Shown here in pieces: positions 30,431 through 40,419 of a DNA stretch of 64,000 bases. A program made the position numbers and the translations under genes. The notes under the pieces are model-generated. The model saw only the letters and a program-made list of their open reading frames with translations, ran no database searches and had not been told where the DNA came from. The stretch is taken from assembly GCA_043801165.1 (NCBI GenBank), contig JAZDMG010000028.1, forward strand, positions 10,988-74,987, read 5' to 3'. The DNA comes from an archaeon. Its GTDB lineage: Archaea > Nanobdellota > Nanobdellia > Woesearchaeales > SM23-78. The first letter of the stretch is position 1. Each line of letters starts with the position of its first letter.

Positions 30431-31018
30431 ATGCCGAAGAAGAAAGAGTCTCGAGAAGAAAAAAAGAAACCAACAAAAGATACCGAGGAGAAAGGCAGCG
30501 ATGCGCCAGCCATGATTAGCGGAGAGCCATGTCCCTTCTGCCATCAGAAGACACTGACATTGATGGAAGCAGAGGTTGACGTCCCATACTTCGGCAAGAC
30601 ATACATATTCTCAATGGACTGTTCCAACTGCAAATACCATAAGGCTGATGTCGAGTCAGCTGATGAGAACCGCGAGCCTGTGAAATTCACCCTCGAGATA
30701 AGCTCAGAAGAAGATATGAAGATAAGGATCATCAAGTCATCAAACGCAATGATAAAGATACCGCACATCGGCAACATAGAGCCTGGCGAAGCCTCAAACG
30801 GATATATCACCAATGTGGAAGGCATACTGCAGAGGATGAAGAAGCAGATCGAGACCCTCAGGGACGACGCAGAGGAAGAAGATAAGAAGAAAGCAAAGAA
30901 CATGCTCAAGAAGCTCATGCGGGTCATGTGGGGCCAGGAAAAGCTCAAGATGATACTGGAAGACCCGACAGGCAACTCAGCCATAATCTCTGACAAGGTA
31001 GTCAAGAGCAAGCTGTGA
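30431..31018 (+). CDS. ZPR1 zinc finger protein
   Basis: CPFC, VPYFG, CSNC, ITNVEG, EDPTGNS. Confidence 0.93.
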   Translation: MPKKKESREEKKKPTKDTEEKGSDAPAMISGEPCPFCHQKTLTLMEAEVDVPYFGKTYIFSMDCSNCKYHKADVESADENREPVKFTLEISSEEDMKIRIIKSSNAMIKIPHIGNIEPGEASNGYITNVEGILQRMKKQIETLRDDAEEEDKKKAKNMLKKLMRVMWGQEKLKMILEDPTGNSAIISDKVVKSKL

Positions 31019-31037
31019 GCTCATAACAAAGCTATTG

Positions 31038-31559
31038 TCAAAGATATACCTTGAACTTCTCAGATATGCGCTTTCTAAGGCCCATCAAGAAATCATAGTA
31101 GCCCTGGCGCAGATCAACCTGTCTTCCCTGGTCTTGCTGCTGCCTGGGAACATCATAAGCGGCTGAGCCCATGATTGTCGCGATGTCATCAAGCGGTATC
31201 TTTTTGGAACTGAAATACATCAAGGCATCATATACAAAATTCATGGTGAATATCTCACCCTCGCCCAAAATCCTTAGGTTTGTGTTACCCAACAACTCAT
31301 CTTTTGGTTCATGATGCGATCTCACCAATGGACATATGGAATCTCGCATCAATTTCTCGAGTCCGGAATGTATGGCGTTAGCCTCAAGTTTCTTGAAATA
31401 ATTTGATCTGTTAGTGCCTTGGTTGTAAACGTCCTTATTCCTGTCCTTGTTGTTGACTACTGCGATCATTATCGCATATCCTACTATGGTCTCAGGAACA
31501 TTTCTTGATTTCGCAAAATTCAATAAATCAGTAAGCGTTTTTGTCATTTTCACTCTCAC
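31038..31559 (-). CDS. Hypothetical protein, coupled to PIN-PhoH
   Basis: 173-aa ORF with a 4-bp overlap with the upstream gene. Confidence 0.65.
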   Translation of the reverse strand: MRVKMTKTLTDLLNFAKSRNVPETIVGYAIMIAVVNNKDRNKDVYNQGTNRSNYFKKLEANAIHSGLEKLMRDSICPLVRSHHEPKDELLGNTNLRILGEGEIFTMNFVYDALMYFSSKKIPLDDIATIMGSAAYDVPRQQQDQGRQVDLRQGYYDFLMGLRKRISEKFKVYL

Positions 31560-33322
31560 AGGTCATTTGCTAGCTTGGCAACTACCGATCTCTTTACAAC
31601 ATCTCTTGGAAGCCTTACATGGCCGTATACTTCTCTTCCAGGAAGCCTGTCAATCAGATGTGCAAGGCCTGAATTCCTCTCAGTTATGTAGCTGAAATCT
31701 CTCTTACTCCTAGAGGTGGCTACCTGAGCCAAGTCACCTAGGAACACAAGTTTTGAGCCTTCGCCGCACCTACCGACGCAGAGCCTCACAAGATCCCGGG
31801 TAAGCAGCTGAGTCTCGTCTATTATCACAAACTGGTTACGCCAGGTATTGCCAGCTTCATAGGTTATGGGAAAGTATTCTATCAGGTCGCCTTCGAACAT
31901 ATGTATCATCTGTATCGCTTTCTCTCTATAGACTCGGCCCAGGGCTCTGTCATAGACGCAGAACATCTCCTTGAAATTGCTTATCGCTGGCTGGATGAGA
32001 GGGTTCATCTTTTCCCTCAAGTCTCCCTTGAGGAAGCCTAATCCTTCGTCTGCGGTGACCACTGGCTTGATGTACTTTATTGAGTCGTATTTGCCTCTCA
32101 TCACCTCTAAAAGACCAAGCAGCAGAGCAAAATATGTCTTGCCTGTCCCGGCCGAACCATCAACAGTCATCACCTCAACCTTCCTGTCCATCAGAAGAGC
32201 AATGTAGGGTATCTGCTCAGCAATCGGCATTATGAGATTGTTGATCTTGAGATCAATCCTCAGTTTCTCCAGGTCGTCAAAGACATCTCTTTTATCGCTG
32301 TCAGACAAATCATGCTGCGACTTCCTTCGATTATCACGCTTCTTACTGGTCCTATTCTCACGGTCGGCGGCAGCTTGACCTTTGAAAAGCGTTCTTTCAA
32401 GCTCTTCCTTACGACAGTAAGCCATGAACTCCATTACCGATGGCTGCGAATTATGCTCTGATAATCTCTTACTCAAGAATCCATACGATGTTACAGGCCT
32501 GAAATTGAATTCGCTCGCCCCACGCCCCTTAAGAATGTAATAAACAGCATTATTTTCTTGTCCTTCATTTGCGAAGCACAACACCTGGTTTGGTTTAGGT
32601 TTCATCCCAACCAATTCAGTTACCTCATCAACAGCTAAGGTGAACTCTATCTGTTTGGCAACCCGAGCTCCTATCTGACCTTGAGGAACAGGATGGTATG
32701 TTATCCCTTTGTAAAGCTGATGCGAATCCCTGACATTCTCGAATTCAAAATCTTGGGTCTCGATGCCCTTCAGCCTTGCTTGTGTCCTAGCGTTTCTGTC
32801 TGCGCTAACAAATATCACCTGGTCACGTGGCCTTCTCCTTATCAGAGACATCACTTGGAAGATGATTCTGTCGTCATTATTTGCGAAAGGAATGCCTTTT
32901 GTCATGAAATCGGCTTCGTTGTGCTCAGAGAAGAAAACATCCGCTTTATTTTGTAGGTTAATGCGCGAGTTGAGCCTTCCATAACGGTCTTTAGGCCCTG
33001 TCCTGCGCCAGCCCCAATTGCTTCCGACAGTAACAGGCATGTCAGTAGTCATATCCTCCAGATGAGATAATGCTCTCCTGGCAAGCACTGCCTTATACTC
33101 ATAGTTAAGCTCAGAAGTCTTGCTTAGATGGTCGAGCTCTCTCTGGACAATATCGCAAAGCACCACATCGTTTGGCCTTTGGTCCCACTGCAGCCCCTTA
33201 TGCTCCAACGTCTCAAGAAAAGCTTTTTGCGCCTTGTCATCAGGTATCTCAGATCCAGTAAGTATGTGCAAAGCATCAGGATTAAGCATCAATACGTTTG
33301 TGTCAGGAACATATACTTTCAT
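31556..33322 (-). CDS. PIN-PhoH (PhoH2-like) ribonuclease/ATPase
   Basis: PIN DTNVL, RELD, NDDRI, SAD; PhoH GSAGTGKT, GFLKGD, DETQ, GD..Q, SGL. Confidence 0.9.
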   Translation of the reverse strand: MKVYVPDTNVLMLNPDALHILTGSEIPDDKAQKAFLETLEHKGLQWDQRPNDVVLCDIVQRELDHLSKTSELNYEYKAVLARRALSHLEDMTTDMPVTVGSNWGWRRTGPKDRYGRLNSRINLQNKADVFFSEHNEADFMTKGIPFANNDDRIIFQVMSLIRRRPRDQVIFVSADRNARTQARLKGIETQDFEFENVRDSHQLYKGITYHPVPQGQIGARVAKQIEFTLAVDEVTELVGMKPKPNQVLCFANEGQENNAVYYILKGRGASEFNFRPVTSYGFLSKRLSEHNSQPSVMEFMAYCRKEELERTLFKGQAAADRENRTSKKRDNRRKSQHDLSDSDKRDVFDDLEKLRIDLKINNLIMPIAEQIPYIALLMDRKVEVMTVDGSAGTGKTYFALLLGLLEVMRGKYDSIKYIKPVVTADEGLGFLKGDLREKMNPLIQPAISNFKEMFCVYDRALGRVYREKAIQMIHMFEGDLIEYFPITYEAGNTWRNQFVIIDETQLLTRDLVRLCVGRCGEGSKLVFLGDLAQVATSRSKRDFSYITERNSGLAHLIDRLPGREVYGHVRLPRDVVKRSVVAKLANDL

Positions 33323-33440
33323 CCTAGTTACCCCTTAATAACTTTGTTAGGTATGATCTATTTATAATCATTTCGAAATGTATCCATTACCAAATGGTTA
33401 ATTTATTCTTGATATGTTGCGTAATATTTAAATACTAAGT

Positions 33441-33644
33441 ATGCCAGTATACCTTTTGCAACAACAAAAATATACTTGTAACGGTGATATGAGCATGTGT
33501 GAACATAATCTTAATGGTATCTGTTTCGATCCTGCAAGAAAGACAAAAGGGTTGGTGGCGACCAAATGCGACCTATGCCCGAAGCAGAATTTTGTCGAAG
33601 CGCCTGATCCTGAGAAGGAATACATACACCCGGTCTTCAGATAG
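33441..33644 (+). CDS. Small Cys-containing hypothetical protein
   Basis: Short ORF, possible start ATG 33489 after ggtga; C/H cluster. Confidence 0.45.
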   Translation: MPVYLLQQQKYTCNGDMSMCEHNLNGICFDPARKTKGLVATKCDLCPKQNFVEAPDPEKEYIHPVFR

Positions 33645-33661
33645 GCGATGCTAAAGCCAAA

Positions 33662-34402
33662 CTAATTGAGCCTGCTCATCTTTCCTATCTTGCCGAAGGC
33701 ATAGGTCTTGTCAGCAACGACAAAAGCCTCAAAGTCATCTAAGTTCTTTAGGAAAGGGCTGAGAAGCTTTTCCTGCAGCACATCAGTGCCTTCTGTGACG
33801 AAATTGAAGCTCGGCACCACTATGAGGTTCTTGCGCCCATATTTACCGCGAAGAAAGCACTTATATCTCTCGATGCGAGCAGAATCCCTGATGCCGATGG
33901 CTGGATGCTCATGGCCGATGATCATTGTCTTTGCCTTCTTGAACACAGCACTCTTTACAGGCATCAGCTTATCACCGTGGCACAACAGCACATCGCCAAT
34001 AGATAAGCTCTCTCTAAGCTCAACCTCTTTCCTGCGGGCAATAGGGCCCAGGATCTTGTCATGGTTGCCTTTCAGGATTACCACCCGCGTCTTTGCTGTC
34101 AGATAATCAAGCAAGGAAAGAGCATCCTTCCATTCCTGCCTTGAGATTGTCCCAAACTCATGCTTGACATCACCAAGCAGGACAATGAGCTCCGGCTTCA
34201 CCTCGCGCATAATCTTCTCAAGGTTCTGCATCATCTCCTTGAAATAGACTCTGGGCACAAGAAGGCCGCCCCTGTTAAGAGCCTCTTCATAGCCTATGTG
34301 CAAATCCCCGACCACAAGAGTTCTCTCTTTCTCAAGAAACAAAGCTAACCCGACAATCCTAATATTGGGCAGAATATACATTATAGTAAGTGACTGCGGC
34401 AA
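33662..34402 (-). CDS. Metallophosphoesterase (calcineurin-like)
   Basis: GDLHIG, GDVKH, GNHD, HGD, GHEHP motifs. Confidence 0.93.
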   Translation of the reverse strand: MPQSLTIMYILPNIRIVGLALFLEKERTLVVGDLHIGYEEALNRGGLLVPRVYFKEMMQNLEKIMREVKPELIVLLGDVKHEFGTISRQEWKDALSLLDYLTAKTRVVILKGNHDKILGPIARRKEVELRESLSIGDVLLCHGDKLMPVKSAVFKKAKTMIIGHEHPAIGIRDSARIERYKCFLRGKYGRKNLIVVPSFNFVTEGTDVLQEKLLSPFLKNLDDFEAFVVADKTYAFGKIGKMSRLN

Positions 34403-34414
34403 GATTTAAAAACA

Positions 34415-34564
34415 TTATTGATTCATGACGCCGATGCAGACCTTCCTGTTGGCGCCGCAGCCAGGGCAGACATAAACCTGAAACTTGCTGTTGCTCATCA
34501 TGAGAGTGCCCTTCTTCTGCATCGTCTTCTTGCACTTCTCGCAAACCACGTTGTCCTTGTCCAT
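34415..34564 (-). CDS. Small zinc-ribbon protein
   Basis: MDKDNVVCEKC...CPGC; RBS ggagg before ATG 34564. Confidence 0.7.
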   Translation of the reverse strand: MDKDNVVCEKCKKTMQKKGTLMMSNSKFQVYVCPGCGANRKVCIGVMNQ

Positions 34565-34713
34565 TTCAATTCCTCCCTGATGGCTTTCTAGGCTAAACTT
34601 ATATTTAAAGTTAATGCAGTGCTGCTCACAAACCAAGCCCGGGGTTATCTCTCTGGAGTGATGATAATATTTATAAACAATCCCTTCCTCCCTTTGGATA
34701 CAAGGAACACAAC

Positions 34714-35760
34714 ATGGAAATCTCAGACATCATAGCAGAAATAAGCCGCCTCAACCACAGAGGAATCGAATTGGCTGACAAAGCCATGTTCAAAGAAGCT
34801 GCTAACCAACATTCTAAGGCCGTGGATTTGGCAGCCGCCCAAATGCCAAAGATGAATCTAAACCCGGATTATTTCCTGTTTTCAATCTCAAGATTAGTAT
34901 ATGTCACTAGATCCAGTAGAATGGATTGTGCATCAACCATGCCTATGTTAGAAGGGGCACTCAAAATCACTGCTGATGACAGAGCAGCAATCAAGCCAGA
35001 GAATAGAACGTTCTTCGGAGAGGCCACCATCAAAGAAGAGATGGCGCTCCTGCGGAGATTCTTCCCCGCAAAAGGAGATGAGCTCAACGATTACCTGAAA
35101 TCACAGAACATGACCCAAAGAGTCATAGGCTTGTTCTCAGAAGCATCCAAAAACATAAACCGGCTTGAGATAGAAAGCCAACCATACAGAGACTCAAGGC
35201 TGCTGAGAGCCTACGGCCTCATGGCACCAATCAGCCTCAAGGTCGCAGAAAGGATGCCGAACAAGAAGGAAAAGGAACAGGAGATAAGAAAAGCAATCCA
35301 ATGGGCGGATCAGGAGCTGCAAGCAAGATTGAAGACAGGCGAAAACAAAGGCATGAACCTGGCCAACGCATATCACTCTCTGGGCTTGGCGCAAGCCACT
35401 GCCTTCAAAGAAGCAATCACCAGAGGCGATGGGAGCACATCATTATACGAGGCATGTATGACCTACTATAAGGCAAGAACAAATCTCATATTTGCTCAGG
35501 ATCTCGCATCGAAAGCCGATAATCATATGGTCGCTTCGGTCGTTGAACTAAGGATGGCTTGGCTAGAGCTGGATGCATGTAACCCGAACGGCGGGAAGAT
35601 AATGCGAGGCTTGATGGATTCTGTTTTCAAGGCGCAGGAAAATCCGAAATCAGCATGGGGGCCTCTTCTGCGCCAGGAGCTGCAGCCTCAGATGCATGAT
35701 GTCTGCCAGAAACTAGACAAGACATATCTCCAGAGATACCAGAACATGTATCGAGCATAG
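34714..35760 (+). CDS. Hypothetical alpha-helical (TPR-like) protein
   Basis: LANAYHSLGLA TPR-like segment; Ala-rich helices. Confidence 0.7.
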   Translation: MEISDIIAEISRLNHRGIELADKAMFKEAANQHSKAVDLAAAQMPKMNLNPDYFLFSISRLVYVTRSSRMDCASTMPMLEGALKITADDRAAIKPENRTFFGEATIKEEMALLRRFFPAKGDELNDYLKSQNMTQRVIGLFSEASKNINRLEIESQPYRDSRLLRAYGLMAPISLKVAERMPNKKEKEQEIRKAIQWADQELQARLKTGENKGMNLANAYHSLGLAQATAFKEAITRGDGSTSLYEACMTYYKARTNLIFAQDLASKADNHMVASVVELRMAWLELDACNPNGGKIMRGLMDSVFKAQENPKSAWGPLLRQELQPQMHDVCQKLDKTYLQRYQNMYRA

Positions 35761-35840
35761 TTATACCCGAGAAAAAAATAATAGCCCCGCCCAAATCCTG
35801 TTTTATCGACGAGAAAAAGACAAGTAGTTTATGGTCAATC

Positions 35841-36765
35841 TTATTTCGTTGCTGCATACTTGAAATTCACATCACGTTGTTCAGCTGGAAGTTGATACCC
35901 ACCGCATTCAAAGGGATAAGCAAGCACTCCGCTTGGAAAATCCGCATCAGGGCTATAGCATTTCCAGTAAAAGAATGAGCTTGGTTGGATCCAATGAAGA
36001 TAAGGATTTCCTTCTTTAACAGTCGGATTTATTGATGTATTTGATACTTTGAAACAAAAAGAAGCAAAAGTGTGTGTGCCAACACTGCCGGCATATCCAA
36101 TCAATTCTCCGCGTTTTACTGTAAATCCAATTAATGCTTTGCATGCAGATGCTTTGCCTTCTTTTGTTATGTAATCATCAAATGCAAAGAAAAGGTGTCC
36201 CTGAGCTTGGCTACTGTCATACAACTCTTCAGATTCACTACAATCTGGATTTTGATAGTGTCCAAGCAACAGTGGCGAGCTGTATAAATGATAAGTCTTA
36301 ATAATCATACCTGGCCAATCAGGACTGACAGACTCAAAGTATAACACCACATCATTAAATGGGGTGATTTTTTGTCCGTCTACAATCTTATATTCTGCAT
36401 TATTATTTTGAAAGCCTACTAATACCATATCAATAGGTGCAAGTAAAGGTGTTCCATGCGCTAGTTCGAATTCTATTCCACATTTAGTAGCATAAGGCTT
36501 CGAATATTTACTGCCACTTTTTGGGCCAAGCGTGATTATATTAGGGTCAGCATCGCCAGTATATGCTTCCGTATGCGTATTGATACCGACCATGCTGGAT
36601 GGCGGCGAGGTAATCACGGATGCACTCGTATTAGGCACTGGAATAGGTAGAGAAGGAGGGGTTTTGTTGAATATTTTTTCAAAAATTCTACTCGGATTCA
36701 CGGCATAAAAGATGCCAATAACAAATACTAGAATTAGAATTAAAACTATGAATTTTTTTTTTCAT
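35841..36765 (-). pseudogene. M23-peptidase-like secreted protein, start codon out of frame by one base in an A10 run
   Basis: GTPLLAP, YHL, VKRGELIGYAG; a hydrophobic signal peptide is in frame upstream of 36701 but ATG 36765 is followed by 10 A; metal ligands look degenerate. Confidence 0.6.
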
Positions 36766-36869
36766 AACATCTAACTTAATATTAGTGTTTATATATTTAC
36801 TTAAAAACGCGTAGTTTTATTTTAGACTTGGAATTCTTATTAGCCCCAATCTTTGACTTAAAAGTATAG

Positions 36870-37051
36870 TAGCCCCGCTCGGACTTTCGCCAGCCTTTTC
36901 TAAAAAAGGTTGTTTCGAACCGAGGTCCCAGGACATTCTCAGCCAGAACAGACGTCCACGGCTTCCAAAATCCCGGATGACTGGTCTAAAAACAGAGTTT
37001 TTGGACTTTCAAAAATCTCTGATTTTTGTTTGACCACTACACCACGGGGCT
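36870..37051 (-). tRNA. tRNA-Gln(TTG) with three BHB introns (36884-36913, 36935-36964, 36981-37029)
   Basis: Removing the three inserts gives a 73-nt cloverleaf AGCCCCG...CGGGA-TT-TTG-GG-TCCTG...CTCGG-TTCGAAT-CCGAG-CGGGGCT-A with the archaeal Gln A1-U72 pair. Confidence 0.9.
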
Positions 37052-37139
37052 ATAACGCAGATGTTGGAAGCTATGCTTTATAAATCTTTTTGGGCGAAAA
37101 ACAAAAAACTATAAATAAGCTCGGCCGTTTCTTTGGCAG

Positions 37140-39218
37140 ATGATCATACGTTCTCTGAGGATGCGGAACATACGCTCGTACATTGATGAGGCCATCAGCT
37201 TTCCAGAAGGCACCGTCCTCCTGTCAGGGGATATCGGCAGCGGAAAGACAACAATACTCTTGGCCATTGAATTCGCTGTCTTCGGGATAATGAAAGGGGT
37301 GCTCTCAGGAGGCGCCCTCCTACGCCACGGCGCCAACAGCGGCTCTGTGGAGCTCAGCCTAAGGATTGGAGAGCAGGAAGTGCTGATCAAGAGGACATTG
37401 AAAAGGACAGCTCTAGGAGTGGCCCAGGACTCCGGCAGCATAATGGTGAACGGCAAGCCATTCGAGGGCACTCCCCAGGAGATAAAATCAAAGGTGCTGG
37501 AGCTCATAGGCTATCCTGAATCGCTCCTTAACAAGTCAAAATCGCTCATATTCAGGTACACAGTGTTCACGCCGCAGGAAGAGATGAAACGCATACTCTT
37601 TGAGACCAAGGATGAGCGCCTTGACATACTGAGGCATCTGTTCAACATCGACAAGTATAAGCGCATAAGGGATAACGCAGGGCTCTATTCAAGAGAACTA
37701 AGGAGCAGGATAAACGCCCTCCAGGGGAAGCTTGAGGCGCTCCCAGCCAAGAGAAACGAGCTCAAGGCTTATGATTCTGAGATTGAAATCATAAAATCAT
37801 CGCTCCAGGAGCAGGAGAGCATCCTAAAGAAGAGTAAGACTGAGGTTGAAACTGCGAACAGAGCATATGAACTGCTGCAGAAAGAGCTTGAGCATATGCA
37901 TAGGATAGAGCGGGAATTCGCAGTAAAGAAGAGCGAACAGCTCTCGCTGGCGAAGCAGTTGGAGCGGAAAGAGGCAGAGATAGCAAGGACAGGCAAAGCC
38001 ATTGAGGAATCATTGAAGCTCCTTGAAGGATTTGACATCTCAAGGGCAGAGGATATCAGGCAGAAGACCCTGGAGAAGAAGCAGGAGCTAAGGGCGATAG
38101 AGCAAAAGCTCTCTGAGCTGACCTATAAGAGATCTGAGTTTGCCACAAGGAAAAAAGCTGCTGAGGAGCTCCTGAAGAAGATAAGCTCGCTTGATGAATG
38201 CCCGACCTGCCTGCAGAAAGTGACTCAGGAGCATCTTGACAGGATACATTCAAAGGAACAGGTGCTGATCAAGGCATGTGAGACCAACATTGAAAAGATT
38301 GATGAGATTGATAAAAGATTCTCTGGAAGGAAGGAATCTATCAACAGCGAGCTGGATCTCTTCTCAAAAGGGGAACGTGAGATCGAGGCGAAGAAAGCAA
38401 GATTTGAGTCCCTGGATGAGAAGCGCAGCCAGAAAGCACAGATGGAACATGAACTGATAGAGCTCAGGGAATCATTAACCAAGACAAACAAGGAGGTTGC
38501 TGCGCTGGCCGCCGCTCAAGATCAGAACAAAGACAAGAGAGAGTCCGCTGAAAAGGCAAAGAAAGAGCTTGATCGCCAAAAAGAAGGATCATATCTTATC
38601 GAAAAGGTAATTGTTGAGAGAAAGACCAAGCTTGAGACCATCAGCTCAGTGATGCAGAGACTGAAGAACGAGATCAAATCACTTGAGCATGATGAGGCAG
38701 GCCTGAATCATCTAAGGGACAACCGCGGCTGGATCGAAGATAGGTTCATCCCGCTGGCAGACCTGCTTGAGAAGAGCATCCTCGCAAGGATACATGGAGA
38801 GTTCAATTCATTCTTCCAGGAATGGTTTGATATACTGCTTGAAGAAGAGACGGTGAGCGTGAGGCTCGATGACTATTTCTCTCCAGTAATAGAGCAGAAC
38901 GGCTATGAGACCTGGCTGGAGAACCTATCCGGCGGTGAGAGGACCAGCATAGCGTTGGCATATAGGCTGGCGCTGAACAAGGTGATAAATGACTTCCTGA
39001 ACAGCATAAGGACCAAAGGCCTCATAATACTTGATGAGCCGACAGAAGGGTTTTCATCAGAGCAGCTCGAGAAAGTCAGGGAGGTCCTGAACCAGGCAAA
39101 CATGAAGCAGACCATCATAGTCAGCCACGAAGCCAAGATGGAAAGCTTCGTAGACCACATAATAAGAATCTCAAAGCAAGGCCACATAAGCAAGGTTGCC
39201 AATGCCTGTCAGCCCTAG
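37140..39218 (+). CDS. rad50: Rad50/SbcC SMC-family ATPase
   Basis: GDIGSGKT, Q-loop, coiled coil, CPTC zinc hook, LSGGE, LDEPT, SH. Confidence 0.9.
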   Translation: MIIRSLRMRNIRSYIDEAISFPEGTVLLSGDIGSGKTTILLAIEFAVFGIMKGVLSGGALLRHGANSGSVELSLRIGEQEVLIKRTLKRTALGVAQDSGSIMVNGKPFEGTPQEIKSKVLELIGYPESLLNKSKSLIFRYTVFTPQEEMKRILFETKDERLDILRHLFNIDKYKRIRDNAGLYSRELRSRINALQGKLEALPAKRNELKAYDSEIEIIKSSLQEQESILKKSKTEVETANRAYELLQKELEHMHRIEREFAVKKSEQLSLAKQLERKEAEIARTGKAIEESLKLLEGFDISRAEDIRQKTLEKKQELRAIEQKLSELTYKRSEFATRKKAAEELLKKISSLDECPTCLQKVTQEHLDRIHSKEQVLIKACETNIEKIDEIDKRFSGRKESINSELDLFSKGEREIEAKKARFESLDEKRSQKAQMEHELIELRESLTKTNKEVAALAAAQDQNKDKRESAEKAKKELDRQKEGSYLIEKVIVERKTKLETISSVMQRLKNEIKSLEHDEAGLNHLRDNRGWIEDRFIPLADLLEKSILARIHGEFNSFFQEWFDILLEEETVSVRLDDYFSPVIEQNGYETWLENLSGGERTSIALAYRLALNKVINDFLNSIRTKGLIILDEPTEGFSSEQLEKVREVLNQANMKQTIIVSHEAKMESFVDHIIRISKQGHISKVANACQP

Positions 39219-39282
39219 ACTTATCGGCAACAAAAGATTTAAATACTCTTCTTGCAACAAATAGCTCAACAAAAACATCATA

Positions 39283-40419
39283 TTGATGGGAGATAAGGTG
39301 GCATTGATGAGCAAAGTAAGATTAGTATCGATTTTTCTGATAATATTTTTATTGGCGGCTACAAACGCACTTGCGGTAAGCGTAGTGCTGAAATCGCCTT
39401 CAAACAACTCAAAGATATCAACATCAAGACAGGATTTCATCTTCAGCTTTGACAATTACCAGGACATCTTGAACTGCACGTTGTTCATTGACAGCCAGCC
39501 AAAGAGAGTCATGAACAGCCTCATCAAGGTTCAGGATAATAAGATAGCAACAGAACTTGAAGATGGGGAGCATGCATGGTTCATACGTTGCTACGATTCA
39601 AGCAGCCTTGAGATTAATTCTGAGAGCAGGGCGCTTACGGTCGGATTGACAATGATAACCAAAGAAGGCTATGAAACATTATACAATAACAACGGATTCA
39701 GGAGCTACCTGATAACACTTTTCCAAGGTCAGAAGCCAATAACCCTGCCGCCAATGAAAGGAGGTGAGGACATCAGGCTAAAGATCAATAGCGACATACA
39801 TTACATAGACGTCCTGAAGATGGGAGCCACGACCAACTCCAGTTTCGTGGAGATTAGAGACAGGAGCAATGAGAAGAAATACAGATTGCTACTGACTGAG
39901 AGCGTGAATCTTGATCTTGACAATGATAAAAAAATCGATGCAACCATCAAGATTGTTGATATCAAGAGAGGAGTCGACGCATACTTCATAGTTACGCCCT
40001 ACCCTGAGGGACAGGCTCAGATAACAACGCCGGAGACATCAGAACCGGCAACAGAAACAAATGTTTCTTCAGACCAAACCACAACAATCACACCAGATCA
40101 GGGCCAGGCAAATGAAGAGGAGACCGACAGCCAGGAGCCACAGCAGACAGAACAACCTGCGGAGCAATCCTCTGAAGATCTGGAGAACAGCACACCAGCA
40201 ATCATAATAGCAATTATCGTTGCGGCGATAATAATCGCGGCAGTGGTAATATTTTCCAGCCGCAAAAAATGTAAAAAACCTGGAAAGAAAGAAGGCCGAA
40301 AAACACAAGAGCACAAACCAGCTCCTGATCAAGAGCATGAAACCAATGCTCTTGAGAGCAAAAAAGACGAAGAAGAGAAGTTTGATATAATAAAAAGCGC
40401 AGGAAAGAGAAAAAGATGA
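39283..40419 (+). CDS. Membrane-anchored surface protein
   Basis: Signal peptide, Ig-like domain, DLDNDKKID loop, T/E/Q-rich linker, TM, charged tail. Confidence 0.78.
   Translation: MMGDKVALMSKVRLVSIFLIIFLLAATNALAVSVVLKSPSNNSKISTSRQDFIFSFDNYQDILNCTLFIDSQPKRVMNSLIKVQDNKIATELEDGEHAWFIRCYDSSSLEINSESRALTVGLTMITKEGYETLYNNNGFRSYLITLFQGQKPITLPPMKGGEDIRLKINSDIHYIDVLKMGATTNSSFVEIRDRSNEKKYRLLLTESVNLDLDNDKKIDATIKIVDIKRGVDAYFIVTPYPEGQAQITTPETSEPATETNVSSDQTTTITPDQGQANEEETDSQEPQQTEQPAEQSSEDLENSTPAIIIAIIVAAIIIAAVVIFSSRKKCKKPGKKEGRKTQEHKPAPDQEHETNALESKKDEEEKFDIIKSAGKRKR

Noticed and set aside
33662..34402. Mre11 partner of Rad50
   Set aside because: Short, has a GHEHP motif of a different phosphoesterase family, and is not adjacent to rad50.
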